A DNA stretch of 17,785 bases from Selaginella moellendorffii (Eukaryota; Plantae; Lycopodiophyta): the NCBI RefSeq assembly GCF_000143415.4, contig NW_003314519.1:1-17785 (forward strand), written 5' to 3'. Of this stretch, positions 10,125-17,785 are shown one piece after another. The notes beneath the pieces were generated by a model that was not told where the DNA came from, searched no databases, and was given only the letters and a program-made list of their open reading frames with translations. Made by a program: the position numbers and the translations under genes. Each line of letters begins with the position of its first letter. Within the stretch, counting starts at the first letter, position 1.

Positions 10125-11130
10125 TATTCCAAATTAAAAATACATTACTATTAAATGATTCAACACTGCTTACTATTCAGAAATTATATAAAAGGAAACA
10201 TTATTACCTTATTAAAATATATTATTAAAATATTAATATTTTAAATATAAACATGGATCAGACACATTACTATGTAAATATTAATATTAATATATTTTTA
10301 TATTAAAAACTATATAATATCTTATAAAAATAATAAAAATATTTAATTATTTATTGTTGCATTTTTATTTTAGAAAAAATATTGTAGTAGTAAATTTATC
10401 ATTTGTTAGTAAAGTCTTACTATTGCATTTTATTCTCAATACTTCTTCATTTTATTGTATTAAAAATTACATTGTCGATACTTAGATTTTAAAGAATATT
10501 AAAAGTTAAAATTGTATAGTTAGATATCATTTTGCTATGTAAACAAAAACTATATTGATATTTAATATAATTTTCAAATAATATAAATATATTATTTACT
10601 TTTAACACAAGTATAACAACTATTTATCAAAAAATTTATAAAAATAATATTTACAGGTATGATGTATTTTAATTTTAAGATGAATGTTAGAAAACTCTAC
10701 TCTTGAAGACTTAATATGATTTAAAAAATTAATTGTACTTTTAAAAATCCTCCAAAACTAATCACATTTTTTAAATTTCCTCAAGTATATGCATGTTTTG
10801 GATATTTATATCAGCAACAATTTCTCTGAATAGAAAAATAAATTAGTTTGTAGCATAATTAGTATTTATATTTTAAAACAATAGCACTCTTTTATTTTCT
10901 TTTTTGTTTCAAATAGTCCACTATCTGGTTTTTAACTAAAAAATTTATACTTTAAATATTAATTGTTTTTTTTGATACTCAAATTTACGATTCAGTAATG
11001 GTTTATATATTTCTCATCTTGTAAAACCCATCTATAACACTTAAATTCTATTGCCACTATCTACATCCTTGGAGTTGAGGTGGGAATATGTTGATATTGT
11101 AAATGGACTTAGCATATATAACAAAAGCAC

Positions 11131-11898
11131 CACGGGGGATTCTATCAAAGCAGCCAGTTGTGTATTCACATGCAGCATCTTTACATGAGAGCTGGCATTT
11201 ACAAGGAGGTATCTGACACTCATATTTGAATTCTATCGTATTCTTTGTTCTCAAATCAAGCTTTGATCTAATGTATCTGGTGCTGGTTATGTAGGTGAAG
11301 GCCGCATTGATTGCTGCCTTTAAGAAACTCAAAGGTGGAGATCCTCACCAAGACGACACATCCATCGGGCCCGTGATATCCAAGTCATCGGCAGCTATAG
11401 TGGAGAAGAGCATGAACGAGGCAGTGAAGGCAGGTGCCAAACTTCTAGTTGGTAGTAAGCAAAGGGGAGCTTTCATGGAGCCAACGATCCATTTGACACA
11501 GACGCAAGGAAAGAAGAGATTCTCAGTTAAACTAAAACGGTGGTGACGCAGTGATTTCAAGGAAGCCGTGAAGGAAGCTAACAACACACATTACGGTCTC
11601 CAAGCTGGCGTCTTTACACATGATCTAAACAAGGCCTTCTATGCGCGTTTGAGCACATAGAGGTACCTTTGCATTTGAGATATAGAAAGTATTGATTGTT
11701 TGTTTGATGATTATTCGATCTTCACAAGCTGGAGGAGTTTGCCTCAATGATTCACCAAGCATGCGCGTTGATAGCCAGCCATACGGTGGGATCAAAGACT
11801 CTGCAATCCAACGAGAGGGTGTCAAGTACGCAATGGACGACATGCTCAAAACCAAAGTTTTAGTAATGCGCAATGTAGGCAATGCGTCTTACTTTTGA
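11131..11898 (+). pseudogene. ALDH21: 5'-truncated aldehyde dehydrogenase family 21 (NADP-dependent succinic semialdehyde dehydrogenase-like) pseudogene
   Basis: Exon 11131-11208 reads HGGFYQSSQLCIHMQHLYMRAGIYKE (catalytic Cys codon 11161-11163). After intron 11209-11294 come VKAALIAAFKKLKGGDP..TSIGPVIS...GAFMEPTI, deletions around ARKEEI(FGP lost), DFKEAVKEANNTHYGLQAGVFTHDLNKAF, a +2 CG frameshift near 11645 and a damaged acceptor near 11727. The last exon reads AGGVCLNDSPSMRVDSQPYGGIKDSAIQREGVKYAMDDMLKTKVLVMRNVGNASYF*. The N-terminal half is absent. Confidence 0.85.
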
Positions 11899-12008
11899 TC
11901 AAGCTCGAGCTTGAGATTTTGAAAAGAGTAAATACAGTCTATCCACAAATGATTGCCGAGTTGTCCTCGTTTGCTAGCTCGCTCTCTAGCACCATCAACC
12001 TTTTACCT

Positions 12009-12849
12009 TTAGGACGGAGAATGCTTGTCTATAAGCTCCTGGGAGAAGGTCCATAGCTTGTGAGCGAGCTCGGGATCTCTGCCATAAGCGCTACAGCTGG
12101 ATTTGTTGGAATCCACGAAGTATTGCCCAGTGACGTCCTTGAGGCTTGGATGTAAAGCTGTGTAGCACGTCGTAGCAGCGTCCTGAGAGATCAATCACGT
12201 ATTAGCCACGAAAAACTTCCAGATAATTGGGAGAATTCTTCTTACCTGTGGCACATTTTTCCAAAGGAAGCTGGAGAAGAACTTGAGAAACCCTGCATGA
12301 AGATCAAAGTTCCATAAGTAACCGAAAACAATGACGAGGCTAACAGACAAACTCATTATGTAGAATGTGTGCCGCATCAAAGGCGACATTATAAACCCCG
12401 GGTGAACAGTGTTGGCTGTGATGTCAACTCCTTCAGCATAATCAGCAAATAGAAAGCATTGACGAAAGAGAAAGGTGGGAGAGATTTCAAAGCATTAGAC
12501 AAATACCTTGAATCTCATTGCTAGTTCTTTGGCATGGAGGATGTTCACGAGCTTGGATTGAGTGTCGGAGTACCTTTTGGAAGAAAAAAAGGAAGAATGT
12601 AAGCTCACGAGAAAAGAAAGTCGTTTGGTACCAGGCTTTGTCATTCAGGTGTGAGAACTGGATTCCACCGCTGTAAGAGGCGATGTGTGTGATGGAGGAG
12701 AGGTTGACAATTCTTCACTGGATGCCACTTTCCTTAGTGGTCTCCATCATTTTGTCCAGGAGCAAGTTTGTGAAAAGAAAATCGCCTAGAAATCACAACA
12801 AATGAAAGAAAAGAGTAGACTCCCGAAAAATTCACAGATGGTTTGTAGC
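12009..12849 (-). pseudogene. 5'-truncated short-chain dehydrogenase/reductase (TIC32 / retinol dehydrogenase-like) pseudogene
   Basis: Minus-strand exons: 12849-12835 (ATNHL remnant), 12785-12632 (GDFLFTNLLLDKMMETTKESGIQ*RIVNLSS...LNDKAW, in-frame TGA), 12573-12507 (YSDT-QSKLVNILHAKEL, catalytic Tyr of YxxxK deleted), 12437-12353 (ITANTVHPG, acceptor mutated to TAT), 12292-12246, and 12182-12009 (DAATTCYTALHPSLKDVTGQYFVDSN...LWTFS...*). The Rossmann N-terminus is absent. Confidence 0.88.
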
Positions 12850-13078
12850 GTAATATCTAAAGGTTCACAAGTCGCTGGTGGCTTGTGAACAGCCATAATA
12901 ACCGTTTCTTAAACCTAAAACCAAGCTCTTTGCCACCATGTCACAATCCTCACCATTGCTTTGGAGCGTCACAGATCTGGATCGTTGAATCAAGAGCATC
13001 TGCCATAAGAAAAAATGGATATTCTAAAAATGGAATATGTGACGCCGATGCCAAAATAGCAACTTTAAATAAAGAGTT

Positions 13079-13159
13079 TGATGATGATGATGATGATGAT
13101 GATAAGGGAGTATGATGATGATGATGATGATGATGATAAGGGAGTATGATGATGATGAT
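13079..13159 (+). repeat. Compound (GAT)n microsatellite with duplicated AAGGGAGTAT spacer
   Basis: (GAT)8-AAGGGAGTAT-(GAT)8-AAGGGAGTAT-(GAT)4. Confidence 0.95.
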
Positions 13160-13538
13160 TTTTAATTTTTTGGTTTTGTTTTTTTCCTCTACAAACGTGT
13201 AACAAATTAGGTAATGTGTAGAATAGGTACATAAGAAAAACCACAATCTTAAAAGGAGAAGTTTAGTAATTGGAAGTGCATGAAAAGAAAAACAGGCAGC
13301 TCTTCTGCTCATATACTAAGAAAAAGAAAGGAGCCAAGAAGAAACACGCTATAAACCTGAGGCACAGGTGGATAGGACAAGGGTGAATCTACAAGGCTGT
13401 GAAATAAAAGCCGGCACACATCAATTACGAGGTATGGGACAAGCAATCGATGCTTCGTGATTTTTTTTTAATAAATTGCACACATGTTTTCTCTACATAA
13501 GTACCGCACGTACGTTAGTCGCCCTACCTTTCGCCCTA

Positions 13539-15212
13539 ATGGCTGATTCATCGAACACCACAACACCAGCACCATCTGCACCCACCCCCACGCCTACAAC
13601 AACAAGTATTACAACAAATATAAGCAAGCCAGCAACACCAAGGTCTCGGGAGAGCAGTGAAAGTGCTGGATCAGATGGAGGTCGCCCACGGGGCTATATT
13701 GCCACAAGATTTTTCAGACCTTCTCTTGTGGATCTCTGTATTCCGGTCATGGCTGCAAACTTCTTATGTTTTCCAACATTTGGCTATATTTCACTTGACC
13801 TTCGACCCAAAGTTGTTACCTTGCTACCGCTGGACTTGCCACTGGACCTTGCAGCTTATGTAAGAAGTTTTACACACACTTGTTGAAAGCATAAGAGATA
13901 ACACGCATAATTTTTTGACGTAGCTCATATATGAAGATGAATATTGGGAGAGGAGATCGAGGCTACACTGGAGTAATAGTGACATTGCAGCCCACGGACG
14001 CTCGTGGAAGCAGCTTTTTTTTGAGCGGTATTTCTCAGACGCATTGGAAAGGTTGGTTTCATTGCTTGGTTGTAGAAGTTTCTTTTTTGTGCTCCTGGTA
14101 CAGCTTTGATCCTACATGTTCTGAAGAGTCTGCACTCACGAACATGCTTCATATATGTGCGCAATACATTCACAATCTGATAATTTACCAGCTTCCATCT
14201 CGTTTAAACATATCTGTTTTTCTCGTTCCACTAGCCAGGTAATTCTGTCATTGTCACTTCGCCTGATATTCGTATGTTTTAATGTCCCAGTCAAATAGAG
14301 ACACTTAAGATCGAGTATGGAAGCCGGAATGTGGGCATGGAGTACGATAAACTCAGGTTTGGTATGAAGACATCAGATTGTCGATCCATGTCTGCTGCGC
14401 TAAGGGTTTCTTTAGCGCTAAGTGAACTAACGCTTTCTTATAATTTGATTGACGATAAAAAGGTGAAGATTCTTCAAACTCTTCCGTAATTTTGCCTTAC
14501 TTTTGACACTACAGGTAGAAATTCTTGTGAACGGCATGGCTGCCAATCCCACCATTGTGCATCTAGATCTTTCACACAATTATATTTCGGATGCTGGAGT
14601 CATTGAAATTATGAAGCTTATGTCTGCAGATAAATCGGTTTTAACGGTTCTGAATTTGTGCAACAACTGTATAACTACGCAAGGTAGTCTTCCCTTAACA
14701 GCTAATTCATCTGAGGTGCCACTGATGCAGGTGCAATCAACATTACGGAAACTTTAAAAACAAACTCCGTGCTTTTGTATATAAATTTGAGACACAATTC
14801 TATCCTAGATGAAGGAGGGCAGGTTATCTTTGAGGCCTTATATGTCAACAGTTCTTTAGAGGTACAGTTGCTCTTACGATTCAAGCCAGTTGTCGCAATT
14901 ATTGTTCCAGAGATTGAGCCTTTCCAGTTGTCAATTGGGAGAATTATCTGTAGCGGCCCTTACCAGACTTCTACACAATCCAAAGTCTGGACTAAATGGA
15001 GTTGATGTCTCATCAAACAAGGGGATTGGAGAGAGTGGTGGAAATGCCATTCTTGCTGCTTTGGTAAAGTTCTAATTGTATTTTACGTGTCCATGATTAC
15101 GTCATGGCCTTTCAGGAAGCAGGAAAAATTATGAAAGAAATGAACCTAGAATTTTCTGGCATTGATGACAAAGTACAAACATCGATTTCAAAGCTTTTAG
15201 CAGCTAAGTGTG
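13539..15212 (+). CDS. DRC5: Dynein regulatory complex subunit 5 / TCTE1-like leucine-rich-repeat flagellar protein; 8 exons, 3' end lost in the N gap
   Basis: Hand-spliced exons 13539-13859, 13924-14051, 14104-14238, 14291-14462, 14515-14683, 14731-14861, 14911-15063, 15116-15212. All introns are GT-AG (47-64 nt), phases are consistent, and there are no stops over ~435 codons. Motifs PSLVDLC..., LPLDLPLDLAAYLIYEDEYWERR, DIAAHGRSWKQLFFERY...LESFDP and YGSRNVGMEYDKLRFGMK..DC are followed by RI-like LRRs (LTLSYNLIDD, LDLSHNYISDAG, LNLCNNCITTQG, INLRHNSILDEG). I recognise this as the TCTE1/DRC5 family from memory; no search was run. Confidence 0.88.
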
Positions 15213-15516
15213 NNNNNNNNNNNNNNNNNNNNNNNNNNNNNNNNNNNNNNNNNNNNNNNNNNNNNNNNNNNNNNNNNNNNNNNNNNNNNNNNNNNNNNNN
15301 NNNNNNNNNNNNNNNNNNNNNNNNNNNNNNNNNNNNNNNNNNNNNNNNNNNNNNNNNNNNNNNNNNNNNNNNNNNNNNNNNNNNNNNNNNNNNNNNNNNN
15401 NNNNNNNNNNNNNNNNNNNNNNNNNNNNNNNNNNNNNNNNNNNNNNNNNNNNNNNNNNNNNNNNNNNNNNNNNNNNNNNNNNNNNNNNNNNNNNNNNNNN
15501 NNNNNNNNNNNNNNNN
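15213..15516. other. Assembly gap (truncates DRC5 last exon)
   Basis: Run of N. Confidence 0.99.
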
Positions 15517-17785
15517 GAAAAAGGGATCAGGATGGTATGGAAATTCACCCTAAACAATACAGAGTAATCTAAAAACCTGAAGGTTACCCCAAGCTACCTC
15601 AAAAGCTCCACTGTGCTGCCACTGCAACTGTAAGCCCGTAATGTAGGTTAAATCTTTACCCTCCTAAGTCTATGCCTGAATATACCCTTGAGCTTACCTG
15701 TGAACTGCATTGACCACGTGGTCAAAGATGGCTCCTAACAATTAAGGCTGTGTCATCAATGCTCCAGAAAATCTCAAAACCTGGTCTTTGAGCATGCCAT
15801 TCCATTGTTGAGATTGCAGAAGTCCACAAAGATCCCAACCTTCCCGTTTGGGTCGAACTATGTTGCTCACCCACTTAGCTGTTTGGGCAGGGAAAATAAA
15901 GTTGCAACCAGCAACTTTTAAAGTCTTCCTAAAGAGAATTGTGGCAATGACGCGTTCTTTGGAAAATTACATACTTCATCTTATTGTGGATGACGTCCAT
16001 AAGAATGCCAGGAAGCTGAGAGCTCCCGTGCAGAGATGCAACCTATCTGCATTGTAGGTAGAAAGGAAATTCCTGATGAAGAACGGATCAATGCCAATGT
16101 AAAGAAAAACATGCTTGCACCTGGAATCTGGATTATGATCTTGAGCTCGAGGATAGTCGTGGCAGGAGCTTTTTGCCTCCCTCATCGAGTTTATCACATC
16201 GTGCAATAACTTATCAGCCCAAATCTTCCGGGGGACACTAAAAGGACATAGGACTACAGCCCACTGCCATAGGTCATGTATATGCTGCTTATGAACCTCA
16301 AATAATTGATGGACAACAAGCTGTGAACCCCCACCAAGCATAACATGACTAAGTTCTTAGTCTTTGGCGAGCTGAAGGGCTGAGATGACGGCCTGACTCA
16401 TGGGCAGAGCTAGAAAGAAGCATTAGGGCAAGATGAGCAACAATTTTTTTATGAGATTCCAGAATCCAAACACCAATCCCAGTTTTCTTAAAGCATCTAC
16501 AAAAAAGCTTCAGATACTGGGTTTTAATTTCATCTTCAAGCTCTGTCTCTGAAGAAGGTCTTCAACATATTCTCCATGAATCTGAAGTGTCAACATCTGG
16601 TGACCAAGCTTGATGGTTGTTAATCAAATCTAGTCAATCACCCTCCATGTTAATCATATACTGTTGAGATAGTTTTCCTCCAAAACCGAGTTAAATCCAA
16701 GTTCCTTGACACCCCACAAACTACAAATGTACAACAATAATAATCCATCATTGTTACCTTTGTTTTTTTAAAGAATGATGTTTATCCATATACTTGCACC
16801 ACCCAAGGAAGGGGGAATAGTCAAACTCCCCTTACTAGCCCATGTCACTGGCGAAAATTCTGCCACATGGCCTGCTATGTGGCGAGTTCTTCCAAGAATG
16901 TGGAAGCACGAAGTCAGCGGGAGTAATAGTGATCCAGACAGAGATTTGAGGATCTAATTGGCCACTCAGTCAGATGCATATTCAATTTCCAGCCACCAGT
17001 CTCCCCACACCAAGATTCAAGGAATGCTGCTCACTAGAGACTCTTCCTATCCAAGAAAAGGTGGCACCCTATTCCTAGCTCCTAAGATCCTTTTGGGTTT
17101 GCAACTCTTTAAGAACACTTGTAAATGCCTTTAAATATTGTTAAACACTTCAGAAAGGGGGTGAGTCCTAGCCTAACCCTTCATTGTCATTGCACTCCTT
17201 TTTATAGCTGACTCCCCCCGCTGATTTCCTCTAGATCTCTGCTGTCCTCTAGTGCAGATTCTTCTCCCATGACTCCTAGGGAATATTCGTGCATCTCCAT
17301 GTCACACCCTAGACACCACATCAATCAAACATGACTTTGACTATTTCCAGAGTTTGGATGGTACAACTGTACCACCTTGCCACCACCTAGGATGCAATGC
17401 TAATTGCATCCTCACCAAAATCCTACTCAATTTGTAGATTCCACTCTAACTAATAGATATGGAATCTTCTATCTTGGAAGCCGATTATCCCTGTGTCGGC
17501 TTCTACTTCTCCTCTAACTTGTCTTGGCTAGATTCTGCTTGTTTTATCCTTGCAGCATTCTCCATATAGGTTCTCTACTAGCCATGCTGGCTTCACTTGG
17601 CTTCCTCCAACTATTCTCTTTAGCTAGACTCATAAATTCCATCTTGAGAATCTTTGCATCAAGAGAATCTATTTCCCTTTTTCTATAACCACTTCCTTCT
17701 TCATCTTGAACTTGACCACTTGAGATCTCCTCTCAGCTTCTTGCCTCGTCACTACCATATTTGGCTCCTCATATCCCTCTACTCT
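15517..17785 (-). mobile_element. Degenerate Ty3/Gypsy LTR retrotransposon, Tat lineage (protease - archaeal-type RNase H - RT order)
   Basis: On the minus strand: a weak protease remnant (LGGASIWINII, ~16770-16810); aRH at 16520-16207 (YLKLF.D..KKTGIGVWI...QAVISALQLAK..LSHVMLGGGSQLVVHQLFEV...VPRK..ADKL); an RT N-terminus KHVFLYIGIDPF (~16080-16115); and RT motifs FIFPAQTAKWVSNIV (15900-15856) and NGKVGIFVDFCNLNN (15848-15804). There are many stops, frameshifts and deletions, and the element boundaries are not resolved. Confidence 0.8.
16207..16520 (-). pseudogene. Additional (archaeal/cellular-type) RNase HI domain of the Tat element
   Basis: Degenerate matches to the aRH motifs LF.DG, G.GV, A.I.AL.LA, V.GDSQLV..Q, VPR..N..AD.L; partly visible in track ORF 15976..16341 (-). 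Confidence 0.8.

Larger units (their letters stand above)
4641..11040. mobile_element. AT-rich foreign-looking island: Helitron-like termini/hairpins, internal duplications and decayed intronless ORFs (non-autonomous Helitron cluster and/or endogenous viral relic)
   Basis: There is an abrupt compositional shift (roughly 20-25% GC by eye versus ~45% in the flanks) and no clear intron-exon structure. The motif CCCAGC-nnn-GCTGGG(A) recurs, with duplicated blocks 5354-6016/9542-10124 and 7931-8413/8724-9217. Confidence 0.55.

Noticed and set aside
11057-11882. Minus-strand track ORFs 11057..11332, 11345..11587, 11625..11882
   Set aside because: They are antisense shadows of the ALDH21 pseudogene.
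13079-13159. Repeat-spacer-like pattern suggesting a CRISPR array
   Set aside because: The spacers are identical and the repeats are trinucleotide; this is slippage duplication in a eukaryote, with no cas genes.
12885-13312. ORFs with poly-Asp, poly-His and poly-Ser tracts
   Set aside because: They are translations of the (GAT)n microsatellite, with no other coding signal.
15104-15572. Four track ORFs of 117-149 aa spanning the gap
   Set aside because: They are artefacts of the N run; only 15116-15212 is real (DRC5 exon 8).
15517-15800. Possible LINE endonuclease (FDH-like motif) after the gap
   Set aside because: No supporting APE motifs, and the adjacent sequence is clearly Gypsy RT.

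Overview
Eukaryotic, repeat-rich plant DNA with two assembly gaps (4528-4640, 15213-15516). The 45-65 nt GT-AG introns, a flagellar gene, an ALDH21 gene and a TatI-type retroelement point to a seed-free land plant with motile sperm, most likely a Selaginella-like lycophyte (inference). The only apparently intact gene is an 8-exon DRC5/TCTE1-like LRR gene (13539->15212, +, runs into the gap). The rest is decayed: a Helitron RepHel remnant (~448-615); spliced pseudogene remnants of unknown family (~640-4500); a ~6.4 kb very AT-rich island (4641-11040) with recurring GC hairpins, internal duplications and tightly packed, intronless, stop-riddled ORF relics; a 5'-truncated, tail-to-tail ALDH21 + TIC32-like SDR pseudogene pair (11131-12850); and a degenerate Ty3/Gypsy Tat-like element with an archaeal-type RNase H upstream of RT (15517-17785, -). 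The AT-rich island is the best candidate for something undescribed: a cargo-carrying rolling-circle element or an endogenous large-DNA-virus relic.
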